Shown one piece after another: positions 7,883 to 18,547 of a stretch of DNA of 64,000 nt; position 1 is the stretch's first letter; the number at the start of each line of letters is the position of its first letter. The notes beneath the pieces are model-generated. The model saw only the letters and a program-made list of their open reading frames with translations. It did not search any database and was not told where the DNA came from. Made by a program: the position numbers and the translations under genes. The stretch comes from an uncultured Nitrospiraceae bacterium (lineage in GTDB: Bacteria > Nitrospirota > Nitrospiria > Nitrospirales > Nitrospiraceae), in NCBI GenBank assembly GCA_963846575.1, contig CAWJWJ010000002.1, forward strand, positions 1,376,001 through 1,440,000, in the 5' to 3' direction.

Positions 7883-10198
7883 ATGCCGATGGCTGACCAC
7901 GACCACCACAGCATGATTACCGCGGAGAACGTCGATCTCAGCAATTGTGATCGGGAACAGGTGCAATATTGCGGTGCCATTCAGCCACATGGCGCATTGG
8001 CAGCGGTGGAGGAGGTGAAGTGGACGATCCAACAGGTCAGCGGAAATAGCCGGTCGATGTTGGGCCGGACACCCGAGGAACTGTTGGGCGCCGCGCTGGA
8101 GCGCCTGCTCGGCGGGGCGCAGCTGGAGCAGTTGCGTCAGGCCATGGCCGCCCAGCGAACCCTGAACTGTCCGCCCGTCAGATTGCTGACCGTGCGTCTC
8201 GACCGGGGCGCGGGGGCGATGGATGTCTTTGCGCATCGCAACGACGACGGAGTCTTGATACTGGAGTTCGAAGCCCTTTCGGAAGCAGGTCCGGACTCGT
8301 TACAAGATCTCCATAGCGAGGTGCGAACCAGTATTGCCGAACTGCAACGCACCGGATCGGTGCAGGAGTTTTTCGATCTCGCCGTCATGCGCATTCGTCA
8401 GTTTACGGGCTATGATCGTGTTCTGGCCTATAAGTTTTTGCCCGACGGGAGCGGCCGGGTCGTGTCGGAAGATCGCGAAGAGGGCCTGGAAAGTTATGTG
8501 GGACTTCATTATCCGGCCAGTGACATTCCCGAGCCGGCGCGACGCCTCTTCTCAAAAAAATGGGTCAGCCACCTCCCGAACGTGAGATATGAGCCGGTGC
8601 CGGTCATTTCCCACAGGACGAGCGAGGGGCCGATCGATCTGAGTTATGCCTTCATGCGGAGCGTCTCCGTCATGTACAGCGGTTATCTCCACAACATGGG
8701 TGTGCAGTCCTCCATGGTGTTGACGCTACTTCGGAACGGGAAGCTCTGGGGTCTGATCTCCTGCATGCATCATCGCTCGCCCAGGCATGTCTCATACCCC
8801 ACCAGGGTCACCGCAGAGGTCTTGGCGCATCTGATGTCGCTGACGATGGCGTCGAAAGAAGAACTGGAGGATCGCGAGGCTGTTGCCCACATGCAGAGCC
8901 TGACCGCCACTTTGCGGGAGACCATGCTGCAGCACCCGGAGCTTCCCGAAGGCCTGTTAAGGCATCAGCCCAATCTGCTGTCTTATTTCGGCGCATCCGG
9001 CGCCGTCGTCTGCCTGGATGGAGAGATACATCGGCTGGGCCACACGCCGGACGAAGGCCAACTCAAAGCGCTCTCGACCTGGTTGGGCGAGACCATGGAA
9101 GAGGATCAATTTTCAACGGACCGGCTCGCCGGGGTCCATCCTCCTGCGGCCGAATACGTACAGCAGGCCGCCGGTCTCTTGGCATTGCGGCTGTTCACCG
9201 GCGAGCCGCAGTTCATCCTCTGGTTCCGTCCCGAAGTCGAACGCACCGTGCATTGGGCCGGCGATCCCCGAAAGCCGGTCGCGATCTCTCGCGAAAACGG
9301 AGAGGAGCGTCTCATGCCTCGCACCTCCTTCGCGCTCTGGAAAGATTCAGTGCGCGGATCCTGTAGTCCGTGGCGCGAGAGCGAATTGAGCGCTGCCGCC
9401 GATCTTCGTCGAGCGATCGTCGATGTCGTGCTACGCACGAAGGCGATGGAGTTGGCCCGCTTCAAGGACACGCTCACCCGCAAGAATGTCGAGCTCGATG
9501 CCTTTGTCTATATCGCCTCGCATGATCTCAAAGAACCCTTACGCGGCATTCATCACTATGCCCGGTTTGTGTTGGAAGATTGTGAGGACAGGCTCGATGA
9601 GGACGGCAAGGGCAAACTTCGCACCATGGTGCAACTCACGGAGCGTATGGATCGACTCATTGACGACCTGCTGCACTACTCACGCCTCGGCCGGGAGGAA
9701 TTCGAAGCGGCACCGACCGATCTGCTTGCGCTGGTCACGGACGTCGTGCAGTCGCTCGCTCCACGATTACTGGAACGGGGCGTGACGGTGCGCATGCCCG
9801 CGTCGCTCCCACCGGTGACGGTCAATCCCGTCATGCTCCACGAAGTGTGCGCCAACCTCATCACGAATGCCATGAAGTACAACGACAAGCCGGAAAAATG
9901 GATCGAGATCGGCAGCCTCGCGCCAGGAACGTGGTCAAAAGGCGGGGAACCAGCGAGGTTGGAAGGAACGGTCGTCCTCTACGTGACGGACAACGGTATC
10001 GGGATCCCCCCAAAGCATTTCGATACGATTTTCCATATGTTTCGTCGCCTCCACGCGCGCGATGCCTTTGGAGGCGGCACGGGAGTCGGCTTGTCGATTG
10101 CCAGGAAAATTCTCGAACGGCATGGCGGGCATATTTGGGTGGAATCCCAGCCTGGACAGGGATCGACCTTTTACGTTGCACTGCCGGAGAACCGCTGA
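7883..10198 (+). CDS. bphP: bacteriophytochrome histidine kinase (PAS-GAF-PHY-HisKA-HATPase), atypical bilin pocket
   Basis: DLSNCDRE..IQPHG, PASDIP, WAGDPRK, PRTSF, SHDLKEPLR, DNGIG, GTGVGLSI. Confidence 0.93.
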   Translation: MPMADHDHHSMITAENVDLSNCDREQVQYCGAIQPHGALAAVEEVKWTIQQVSGNSRSMLGRTPEELLGAALERLLGGAQLEQLRQAMAAQRTLNCPPVRLLTVRLDRGAGAMDVFAHRNDDGVLILEFEALSEAGPDSLQDLHSEVRTSIAELQRTGSVQEFFDLAVMRIRQFTGYDRVLAYKFLPDGSGRVVSEDREEGLESYVGLHYPASDIPEPARRLFSKKWVSHLPNVRYEPVPVISHRTSEGPIDLSYAFMRSVSVMYSGYLHNMGVQSSMVLTLLRNGKLWGLISCMHHRSPRHVSYPTRVTAEVLAHLMSLTMASKEELEDREAVAHMQSLTATLRETMLQHPELPEGLLRHQPNLLSYFGASGAVVCLDGEIHRLGHTPDEGQLKALSTWLGETMEEDQFSTDRLAGVHPPAAEYVQQAAGLLALRLFTGEPQFILWFRPEVERTVHWAGDPRKPVAISRENGEERLMPRTSFALWKDSVRGSCSPWRESELSAAADLRRAIVDVVLRTKAMELARFKDTLTRKNVELDAFVYIASHDLKEPLRGIHHYARFVLEDCEDRLDEDGKGKLRTMVQLTERMDRLIDDLLHYSRLGREEFEAAPTDLLALVTDVVQSLAPRLLERGVTVRMPASLPPVTVNPVMLHEVCANLITNAMKYNDKPEKWIEIGSLAPGTWSKGGEPARLEGTVVLYVTDNGIGIPPKHFDTIFHMFRRLHARDAFGGGTGVGLSIARKILERHGGHIWVESQPGQGSTFYVALPENR

Positions 10199-10364
10199 TG
10201 CCCGCGCGTCCGGGGATGGCGGATCCTGGTGGTGACGATGGCGAGGAGCAGGTCAACGGTGTGAACAACTCCGTTAGATCTCGCGATCTCGATGCAGCGA
10301 TTCACGAGCGTCTACGGGAGGAGGGTGACAGCATGATGGTGTGGGGAGAAGGGGAGAGAGGGCA

Positions 10365-10781
10365 ATGAACGATTCGAGACGGATCGTGCTCCTGATCATT
10401 GACGATAATCCTGTCGATCGGGTCACCTATCGCCGCTACCTTGAGCAGGTGTCCGGGAACTATGAGGTACATGATGCGGTCGACATCGAAACGGGGCTGG
10501 AGGCGGCTCATCGGCTGAAGCCCGATTGTGTGTTGCTTGACCTGATGTTGAATCAGGAATCCGGATTTGAAATTCTCAGTACCCTCGGGGAACGTACGGC
10601 ACAGCTTCGGCTGCCGGTCATCATGCTCACCGGAGCCTCCTGGGTCGCGCTGAAAGATGCGGCCATGAAATTAGGCGCTCGCGCCTATTTACGCAAGAAC
10701 CACATCGATGCCGTGACGCTGGATCGCACGATCCGCGAGGTGATCACGAATAAAACCGGGCCTCAACCGCGCGAGGATTAA
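10365..10781 (+). CDS. single-domain response regulator (CheY-like)
   Basis: IIDDN, CVLLDLML (phospho-Asp), MLTG, YLRK; RBS-like GGAGAGAGGG upstream. Confidence 0.9.
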   Translation: MNDSRRIVLLIIDDNPVDRVTYRRYLEQVSGNYEVHDAVDIETGLEAAHRLKPDCVLLDLMLNQESGFEILSTLGERTAQLRLPVIMLTGASWVALKDAAMKLGARAYLRKNHIDAVTLDRTIREVITNKTGPQPRED

Positions 10782-10981
10782 AACCCCCGACCGGCGGCCC
10801 GGTCGCACCTCGAGAGTGGTGACAACCACCGACGTTCCGCCCTCCGGGTAGGCCAGACCCGTCCCACGCTGCTGCGCGGGTTCCTCCTAGTTGTCCCCGG
10901 GATTGCCTTCGCTACAATAGTATGGAAAGAGCGGGCTGTTCTGACCCACGGGCGTTCTAGAGAGACTGGAGAATGGCGCAG

Positions 10982-11236
10982 ATGGCACAGGATACGAAGG
11001 ATTTACAGATGGGCGGTTGCCAGGTGCATTTAACCTACCACGCACTGGAGGATGGGCGCTGGACGGTAATGGGTATTGTCCGATGCGGGACGGCAGAGAA
11101 CGCCGGGGAGCAGTCGGTGGCGACGGGGCCCTTTCCGACCCGTGAGGCGGCTGAACAGGATGCATTGGAGCGGCTGGGCGAGGTCCTTGGAAATAATGTT
11201 GATCGAAGTCATTCGCGCGTGAAGAACTACAGCTAG
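10982..11236 (+). CDS. hypothetical protein
   Basis: GGAGA RBS; coding-like ORF; no family recognised. Confidence 0.65.
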   Translation: MAQDTKDLQMGGCQVHLTYHALEDGRWTVMGIVRCGTAENAGEQSVATGPFPTREAAEQDALERLGEVLGNNVDRSHSRVKNYS

Positions 11237-11626
11237 ATCCACTGGTCCACCCGTTCTCCTCAGCATTTCCCTGCCTCCGCCGGCCCGATTCCTGGTGAGC
11301 GGATCGTGGCGGCCGGCCGAACCGCTCGTTAGAACCGACCTTGTACATGGGATCCGTGAGCCGCTTCCAGCGACGCTAGGGCCAATCGGCACGTACCGAA
11401 AGGACCGAGCACTGATCTCCGTGGCCCGACCACCGTGAACCCGGACTGATGCCGTAAAGGCGACAGTTTGAAACCTGCGGATAGACTTGGTATTCTCCGT
11501 CGTCGATCGAGATTGCGCGTCCATAGCTCTATCATTTCGCGTCACATGCGCCGGCGTCAGACCTGGTTCGGCGGATTACGGAGTTCCAATGTATGAGGGC
11601 GGGTTCGTGAAGGAACGCGAGTAGGT

Positions 11627-14600
11627 ATGGCATCATTCCTGCTCCGGTTCTCTCCGGGAAGTCTCTGGCATTTCGTCTGGATCGCGGTCGTCCTCTCCTG
11701 CCTGCTCAGTCTCCTTCTCAGTCGACTCATTCACGGACACATTGCCTGGGATTATCCCTTTTCGGCCGCCGTTATTTCGTTAGTGGTGGCTTCGATCGTG
11801 CTGTCGCTCATCAAACGGATGCGCGAGTTAGAACGCGAACTGACCGACAGGGCACATGAACGAGCGCAGGACCTTGCGGCGCGGACAGCAGCCGAGGAAG
11901 CCCTGCGGCATAGTGAAGAACGCTTCAGAGCCTTTATGGATCACAGCCCGGCAATCGCCTGGATGAAGGGTGACGACGGGCGGCACGTGTATGTGAATGA
12001 GGTCTTTTCCCGCCGATTCCATCTCACCCGGGAGCAGTGGCTGGGGCGGACGGACCACGAAATGTTTCCGCACGAAATTGCCGAACGACTCCATGAGCAT
12101 GACCGCGTCGTCTTGGCGGAGGGGCTCTCTAAGGACTTTCTCGAGATGGCGCCGGACCCGGATGGAACGTTGAGGGAGTGGTGGTCGTTCAAATTCCCCT
12201 TTCATGACCGTGCCGGGAAACGGTACGTCGGTGGCGTGGCGATCGATGTGACTGATCGCAAACGGACGGAGGCGGCCCTGCGCGTCAGCGAGGAGCGGTT
12301 GCGTCTGGCGCTCGGCGCAGCCCAGCTGGGGATCTGGGACTGGGACATCCGCTCCAATGTCGTGCAATGGTCCGACAACGTGCCTGTCATCTTCGGTGTC
12401 GCCGGTGAAGCCCTGGCGCATACCTACGAAGCCTATCTGAATCTCGTGCACCCGCAGGACCGGGACCGTGTGATGCAGGCCATCAGTCAGTCTCTTGAGG
12501 CCTATGCGGAGTACCGGATCGAACATCGCATCGTCCGGTCGGACGGGACGGTGCATTGGGTAGCCTCACGCGGTGACGTGCTCCGCGATTCCGACGGTGT
12601 CCCCTTGCGCATGTTGGGGACCATCGTGGACGTGACGCCTCGGAAGGAAATGGAGTTGAAACTCTCAGGCAGCGAGGCGCAGCTGCGGGCCATTCTCGAT
12701 CACAGTCCAGCGCTCGTCTTCCTCAAGGACCCCGAAGGCCGGTACCTCGACGTCAACCGGCAATTCGAACGGACATTCAAGCTCACCCGCGAGCGTATCA
12801 TCGGTCGCACGGACATGGAGCTGTTTCCTCCTCCGCAGGCGGCTGCGTTCCGGGCCAATGATCTCCTCGTGCTCGAGTCGGGGCGGCCGATCCAGTTTGA
12901 GGAATTCGCCTCCCATGATGATGGTCCGCATACGAGCCTCGTCTTCAAATTTCCCCTGCTGAATCTGGACGGCATCCCCTATGGAATCGGCGGGGTGGCC
13001 ACCGACATCACGGACCGGAAGAGAGCGGAAGAAGCCCTCGAAGAGGCCCGCGACCAGGCGATGGAGACGGCACGGCTCAAGTCGGAGTTTCTGGCGACGA
13101 TGAGCCACGAAATCAGGACCCCGATGAACGGGGTGATCGGGATGACGGGGCTGCTTCTGGAGACTGCGCTTACCGAGGAACAACAAGAATATGCGGAGGT
13201 GGTCAGAAAGAGTGCCGAGCACCTGCTCACGGTGATTAACGACATACTCGATTTTTCAAAAATCGAGGCCGGACGGCTCACGCTGGATCAGCTCGATTTC
13301 GACCTGCGGACCATGACCCAGGAAACTCTGGATCAGTTCAGAGCTCAAGCGCAGGGGAAGGGGCTTGGCCTGGTGGCGCTGGTCGAGGCGGCCGTTCCCT
13401 CGTCCGTGCGAGGGGATCCCGGCCGCTTGCGACAGATGCTCTCGAACCTGCTCGGCAATGCGATCAAGTTCACATTTCAGGGTAAGGTGGTCCTGCGTCT
13501 GCAGGTCCTGGAGGACGAGGCCGATCACGTCCGCCTCCGTGGCGAGGTGGAGGATACCGGGATGGGCATCAGTCCTGAAGGCCAATCCAGGCTGTTCCAG
13601 ACGTTCAGTCAAGTTGACGGTTCAAGCACGAGAAAGTATGGCGGCACAGGCCTGGGTTTGGCGATCTGCAAGCGCCTCACCGAACTCATGGGAGGTGAAA
13701 TCGGGGTCGAGAGTGCCATCGGCAAGGGGAGCCGGTTCTGGTTCACCGTGCAACTGTCGAAGGGCGCTGTCATGAGGGCGCAGGATCCGGGGTCCGTGCA
13801 GCCGCTCGACGGCCGGCGTATCTGTCTGGTGGGAAAGCCCGGCTCGAGTCAGACATTTCTCGAACAGACCATCAGGGAGAGGGGGATGGAGGGAACGGCA
13901 GCCAGGGATGCCGTTGAGGCCCTGGACCTTCTCTCCCGTGCGGCCATCGAAGAGAAACCGTACGATCTGGTTGTCCTTGAAGAGCAGCGATCGGGAGCCG
14001 AGGGAATTGCCTTTGCCAAGGCGCTGAAGGGGGATTCCCTGCTGAAAACGATCCCGCTAGTGGTCGTCACGTCCTTCGGCCAACGGGGGGACGCCAAGGC
14101 GGCGCAGGAGGCGGGGGTTGCTGCCTATCTGACCAGGCCGGTTCACCAGCCCACCTTGCGGCAATGCCTGACTAAACTACTCGACGAGGAAAAAGCCTAT
14201 TCCACCGATGACCAAGGACTCTCCCGGCCGCTCATCACCACCCATAGCCTTCAGGAACAAACTGATCGGGAACGCCCGCGCGTCTTGGTGGTCGACGAGC
14301 AGGAGAGCGATCAGGTCGCCGCGGTGACGTTGCTGGACCGCTTCGGGTGCCTGGCGGACGTGGCCGGAAGCGGGCAGGCGGCTCTTGAGGCGGTGAACCG
14401 GAGTTCCTACGACCTGGTCCTCATGGACTGCCACCTGTCCGGCATGAACGGGTATCAGACCGTTGCCAAGATTCGTCAGGGTGAAAGGCAGGGAACAAGG
14501 ATTCCCATTGTGGCGATAACGGGCGTGCCGCAAGAGCAGGATCGGGAACAGGGGGCGGCAGCCGGGATGGATGATCACCTTACCAAGCCCCTGGAAATAA

Positions 14601-14659
14601 CCCTGTTGGAACGTGTGTTGCGAGAATGGGTCAAGAAGGACTTCAACCGGCGCCACTAG
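11627..14659 (+). CDS. membrane hybrid sensor kinase (2 TM, 3 PAS, HisKA, HATPase, 2 REC)
   Basis: PAS/PAC repeats ending [31 protein letters not shown]; final REC with DLVLMD. Confidence 0.93.
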   Translation: MASFLLRFSPGSLWHFVWIAVVLSCLLSLLLSRLIHGHIAWDYPFSAAVISLVVASIVLSLIKRMRELERELTDRAHERAQDLAARTAAEEALRHSEERFRAFMDHSPAIAWMKGDDGRHVYVNEVFSRRFHLTREQWLGRTDHEMFPHEIAERLHEHDRVVLAEGLSKDFLEMAPDPDGTLREWWSFKFPFHDRAGKRYVGGVAIDVTDRKRTEAALRVSEERLRLALGAAQLGIWDWDIRSNVVQWSDNVPVIFGVAGEALAHTYEAYLNLVHPQDRDRVMQAISQSLEAYAEYRIEHRIVRSDGTVHWVASRGDVLRDSDGVPLRMLGTIVDVTPRKEMELKLSGSEAQLRAILDHSPALVFLKDPEGRYLDVNRQFERTFKLTRERIIGRTDMELFPPPQAAAFRANDLLVLESGRPIQFEEFASHDDGPHTSLVFKFPLLNLDGIPYGIGGVATDITDRKRAEEALEEARDQAMETARLKSEFLATMSHEIRTPMNGVIGMTGLLLETALTEEQQEYAEVVRKSAEHLLTVINDILDFSKIEAGRLTLDQLDFDLRTMTQETLDQFRAQAQGKGLGLVALVEAAVPSSVRGDPGRLRQMLSNLLGNAIKFTFQGKVVLRLQVLEDEADHVRLRGEVEDTGMGISPEGQSRLFQTFSQVDGSSTRKYGGTGLGLAICKRLTELMGGEIGVESAIGKGSRFWFTVQLSKGAVMRAQDPGSVQPLDGRRICLVGKPGSSQTFLEQTIRERGMEGTAARDAVEALDLLSRAAIEEKPYDLVVLEEQRSGAEGIAFAKALKGDSLLKTIPLVVVTSFGQRGDAKAAQEAGVAAYLTRPVHQPTLRQCLTKLLDEEKAYSTDDQGLSRPLITTHSLQEQTDRERPRVLVVDEQESDQVAAVTLLDRFGCLADVAGSGQAALEAVNRSSYDLVLMDCHLSGMNGYQTVAKIRQGERQGTRIPIVAITGVPQEQDREQGAAAGMDDHLTKPLEITLLERVLREWVKKDFNRRH

Positions 14660-14755
14660 GGGCTGGCTACCCCGTTTTCTTCCGTTGTGCCGTCGTCTCC
14701 GGTGAAAGCACAGACGCGGGAGCGAGACGAGAAGTCCGTTGAAGAGGAGGACCCC

Positions 14756-15475
14756 GTGGAACGTCTCAAGAACAAGATCGCGATTGTGACCGGGAGCAGC
14801 AGCGGGATCGGCAAGGCCATCGCCCTGAGGTTTGCTCAAGAAGGGGCGAGGGTGGTGGTGGCGGCTAGGCGGTTGGACAAATGTGAAGAAACCGTGGCGC
14901 AGATTCAGGACTCCGGAGGGACGGCCGTTCCGGTGCAAACCGATATCGCCGATGAAGCGCAGGTTGAGCGGCTGATCACGGGCGCCGTGCAGCGGTTTCA
15001 GCGCATCGATATCCTGGTGAACAACGCCGGTCTGTTCGGCGGTCGCCGGCTGGCGGAAACCAGTACCCACGCATTCGACGAGGTGATGAACACGAATCTG
15101 CGCGGCACGTTTTTCTGTTGCCGTGCGGGATTCCAGCAGATGAAGAAGCAGGGCGGGGGTACGATTATCAACATGTCCAGCGTGGCCGGAGTGCAAGCCT
15201 GGAGTGGAACCGGCACGTACAGCGCCTCCAAACATGCCATCATGGCGCTGACCAAGTCGCTCGCAGACGAGGGGCGGGCGCATCACATCAAGGTGGCTGC
15301 GATCTGTCCCGGCGGGGTGGCGGACGAGCTAGTGGACGCAACGGAGGAGGAGCGGGCCCGCAGCGAAAAAATCGATCCCTTCGACATTGCCGAGACGGCT
15401 CTGTATCTGGCTTGCCTGAGAGTCCAATCAGTCGTGCATCAGATCGTGGTAGATAGGATCGGCGCGGACTGGTAG
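14756..15475 (+). CDS. short-chain dehydrogenase/reductase
   Basis: TGSSSGIG, NNAG, YSASK; GTG start after GAGGAGG. Confidence 0.92.
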   Translation: MERLKNKIAIVTGSSSGIGKAIALRFAQEGARVVVAARRLDKCEETVAQIQDSGGTAVPVQTDIADEAQVERLITGAVQRFQRIDILVNNAGLFGGRRLAETSTHAFDEVMNTNLRGTFFCCRAGFQQMKKQGGGTIINMSSVAGVQAWSGTGTYSASKHAIMALTKSLADEGRAHHIKVAAICPGGVADELVDATEEERARSEKIDPFDIAETALYLACLRVQSVVHQIVVDRIGADW

Positions 15476-15502
15476 CGCTGCGGCCGGCTCGCGCGCGAAC
15501 AC

Positions 15503-16120
15503 CTACATGACTTTCGCCACGGCATGCAGCGGCTTCGCCGGATGGTGTAAGAGTGGAGGGCCGAGGGGGAGCAGCGCCTTGCCCGTAAACGCCTGGGTCA
15601 GGCTTCCGACGGCATGGTAAAAGGCCATCAATCCCACGACGATATGTCCATACCCGGGTAGTAACTCGCTGATGAAATCCAGGCGGGCGAAGGTGGTGGC
15701 GAGAAACGTGAAACTGATGACGACGTGAAGGGTGGCCAGGGTGACGTTCCGATAGGCTGTGAGATAGACCATCACGGCGGAGAAGACCGCATAGACGAGG
15801 TTGATCGGCGCATACAGGACGCTGTCGAATTGCACCGTCGAACTCGCGCTGACGAGCTTGACGGTGCAGAGGGTGATCCAGAGGAATCCGTACATCGTCA
15901 GCGCCGTCCCGCCGAGTTGCTCGTTGTAGCGAATGTCGGTAATCCCGGCCAGGAGCTGCACAATCCCCGCGAAAATCAACGCAATGACCACGGCGCCGAC
16001 CATGTTCCGAGGAGAAATCCATCCCAATTGCGCGACCCCCATGGTGAGGGCCCCCACTGCCAGTCCAAAGAGCCCGATGGCCAGGACGTCGATCCGCCGA
16101 CTCTGATTATCTTCGATCAT
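15503..16120 (-). CDS. GPR1/FUN34/YaaH (SatP-like) carboxylate channel family
   Basis: About 6 TM; 'AIGLFGL...GIVQLLAG...GGTALTMYGFLW' pattern. Confidence 0.75.
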   Translation of the reverse strand: MIEDNQSRRIDVLAIGLFGLAVGALTMGVAQLGWISPRNMVGAVVIALIFAGIVQLLAGITDIRYNEQLGGTALTMYGFLWITLCTVKLVSASSTVQFDSVLYAPINLVYAVFSAVMVYLTAYRNVTLATLHVVISFTFLATTFARLDFISELLPGYGHIVVGLMAFYHAVGSLTQAFTGKALLPLGPPLLHHPAKPLHAVAKVM

Positions 16121-16304
16121 ATCGAATCACCTCCCGCTCACGCCAAGCGCCACGCTTCAGGTCTGATACGCAGTCAAAAAAGAACGGCGGCCAGCATGCA
16201 AGAGCTGGTTGCAAAAGGCAAGCAGGAAACTCATTCCCCATACCGACGTGGGGACTGCTGATCCGTTGGAGGTCGTGGCGCTGACGATCACTCGCCAGGG
16301 CACG

Positions 16305-16622
16305 CTAACTAGGCCCTGCCGGGGGAGCGAGAAATGTCTGCAGGCGTTTCAGTTGGGAGGGCTGAATCGACAGGAATCGAATGCCACATTGCGTATCACG
16401 AACCCATCGGACCGCGGCGAGATCCACGAGGATCGGCGGTTCCTCGAGGGCAAGGAGTAATCTCAGCGAGAGGTAGGTGTTGACGGATAACCGACCCACA
16501 CCTTCCACGCGGCAGCCTTCCACCGAGAGGTCCACCAGCCTGGCTTCTCCCGCCGCAGCAGAACTGCTTGAGAGCGACACCTGATAATAGACGGTCTGCT
16601 GCATCCTGGCCGGATATTCCAT
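16305..16622 (-). CDS. PilZ-domain protein
   Basis: DLSVEGC motif, AVRWVRDTQCGIRF; N-terminal RxxxR not evident. Confidence 0.8.
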   Translation of the reverse strand: MEYPARMQQTVYYQVSLSSSSAAAGEARLVDLSVEGCRVEGVGRLSVNTYLSLRLLLALEEPPILVDLAAVRWVRDTQCGIRFLSIQPSQLKRLQTFLAPPAGPS

Positions 16623-17139
16623 TCCTGACAGCGGTCAGGTCTTGTGACGGTGATCGGGTCGTGGCCCGGGTACCCCATAGGACCCATATCGGAGAAGTGC
16701 TCGATTGCACCATGCCGTCTGCTCCGTCAGCAGGTAAAGCGGATGAGCCTGAAACCCCCGTTACGCATTGGTTCCCGATGGAAACGAGTCATAACACATG
16801 CTCTGCAAAACAGGCGATCCCGATAATGTCTCCGACCATTTGGAATGGGGGAGATCCCTAGGGGCCGGACCAGGTATCCGGGCCGGGTGGGCCGAAATCC
16901 GATGGTACAGGGCATAAAAGTCGAAACCGGAAGGCGGGTGTTCGAGTTTCCCCGCTCTGTGGCATTCCACGCAGGACGAAAGCAGAAGCCTGTCGATCGG
17001 CTTCCAGAGCCATATGGCGCGGCCTTGACTGCAGGGGATTAGGGGCGCAAGCTGAATATATCTTCGGAGGTCGCGATGAAGCCTCATGAGATATTCCGTC
17101 ACTCCCACTGTCTCTCTTTCTGCTCCGTCCGGGCGTCTC

Positions 17140-17155
17140 CGGCCATTCTCCTGCA
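17140..17155 (+). promoter_or_regulatory. possible sigma54 promoter
   Basis: cGGccattctcctGCa (GG-N10-GC) about 45 nt upstream of ORF 17200. Confidence 0.4.
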
Positions 17156-17199
17156 TTGATGCCGGGCGCTTCCTTCACTCCCCTAACAAGGAGGTCTGT

Positions 17200-17559
17200 A
17201 TGAAAGCATCAATCTTGACCAGTCTGTTCATTTTGTCCGGGGTTATGTTCACGGCTGCGGCCTTCGCGAACCCGGCAACTCTGCCGGACCATCCCGGCTA
17301 CCCGATGGGCAAGTTGACCGATCCGGTCACTGGCCAATCCCTCGCCAATGACACGGGGAGGGAGAACGCGGTCGGAGATGAGGCGCTCAACAAGGCGGCG
17401 GCCTTTACGGACAACCAATTGAAAATGCAGCAAGGCATGGTCAACCAGAATAAAAAGGTTTCCGGTCCCGTCTCGAAAGCCCAAGAGTCAGATCGAGGTT
17501 CAGACATCATGACCGATCAACCGATGAAAGGATCGCGAGGCCAGCCTTCCTCGAAATGA
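17200..17559 (+). CDS. secreted hypothetical protein
   Basis: AAGGAGG RBS, signal peptide ending AAAFA, then NPATLPDHPGYPM. Confidence 0.8.
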   Translation: MKASILTSLFILSGVMFTAAAFANPATLPDHPGYPMGKLTDPVTGQSLANDTGRENAVGDEALNKAAAFTDNQLKMQQGMVNQNKKVSGPVSKAQESDRGSDIMTDQPMKGSRGQPSSK

Positions 17560-17713
17560 CCATTCGACTGTCTGCCAGTGACGAGTGACGGCCAATTGGT
17601 TCCGCGGGGCCTGGTCAAAGGCCGAGAGGCCCGAGGCAAGGCTCCGCGGCTCCTCATGAATTTGATTTTCCGCTTCCCGCCTTTTAGAATGCCGCCACTC
17701 ATCACGATCCGTT

Positions 17714-18436
17714 ATGACGACCAAGCCGCGCGATCCGAAAAATTCGTTCCGTACGAAAAAGCCTTCCAAGCCCTCGGTCACGCTTGCGCGCGGCCAAAAG
17801 CAGCGTTTCCAACAACGCCTGTTGAAATGGTACAAGCAGTTTGGTCGTGACCTTCCCTGGCGGAAGACCTCCGATCCCTATCACATCCTGGTATCGGAGG
17901 TGATGCTCCAGCAGACGCAGGTGGATCGAGTGATCCCCAAGTATCATGAATTCCTGGAGCGGTATCCGTCATTTGAGGAGTTAGCCGGGGCCCCGGTCGC
18001 CGAGGTCAAGCAGACCTGGTATCCGTTGGGATACAACATTCGTCCGGAACGGCTGCACAGCATCGCTTGCGAAACGGTGGTCCGATATGGCGGCAAACTG
18101 CCCAACGATCCGGTTGAATTGTTATCCTTCAAGGGAATTGGCCGGTATACGGCCGGAGCAATCCGTTCCTTTGCGTTCAACGAGGATGCCCCCATCCTGG
18201 ATACCAATGTGATACGCGTGCTGCATCGCGTTTTCATCGCGACCGGCGATCCGAAAACGCAGAAGGCCGCCCTCTGGCAGCTCTCGGAAGCCTTGATCCC
18301 CCGCGGGAAGGGATATGATTTTAATCAAGCCATCATGGATTTCGGCGCAACCGTCTGCGCGGCGAGGGACCCCTATTGCCTGTTGTGCCCGATGAAAACG
18401 TTTTGCAAGACCTTCCCATTCGAAGGCGGGAAGTGA
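17714..18436 (+). CDS. mutY: A/G-specific adenine glycosylase, short form (HhH-GPD + [4Fe-4S])
   Basis: RDLPWR, VSEVMLQQTQV, GIGRYTAGAI, LDTNV, CAARDPYCLLCPMKTFC. Confidence 0.88.
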   Translation: MTTKPRDPKNSFRTKKPSKPSVTLARGQKQRFQQRLLKWYKQFGRDLPWRKTSDPYHILVSEVMLQQTQVDRVIPKYHEFLERYPSFEELAGAPVAEVKQTWYPLGYNIRPERLHSIACETVVRYGGKLPNDPVELLSFKGIGRYTAGAIRSFAFNEDAPILDTNVIRVLHRVFIATGDPKTQKAALWQLSEALIPRGKGYDFNQAIMDFGATVCAARDPYCLLCPMKTFCKTFPFEGGK

Positions 18437-18547
18437 CGGGTCCGGCAATCTGTTGTGCTCGTTCGTCATCCCGCGAAATCCGGTTCCAGTTCCGCGACAG
18501 GCGCTGTTCACTCGTCATGCATAGGGGACAACAGGTCACGGGTTCTC

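Noticed and set aside
11380..11480. GAAA-loop hairpin and CTGATG...GAAAC resembling a hammerhead or c-di-GMP riboswitch
   Set aside because: Core consensus (CUGAUGA..GAAA or GCAAA..GACGCAAA) is not met
16930..16970. GTTCGAG T-loop-like sequence
   Set aside because: No cloverleaf or acceptor stem
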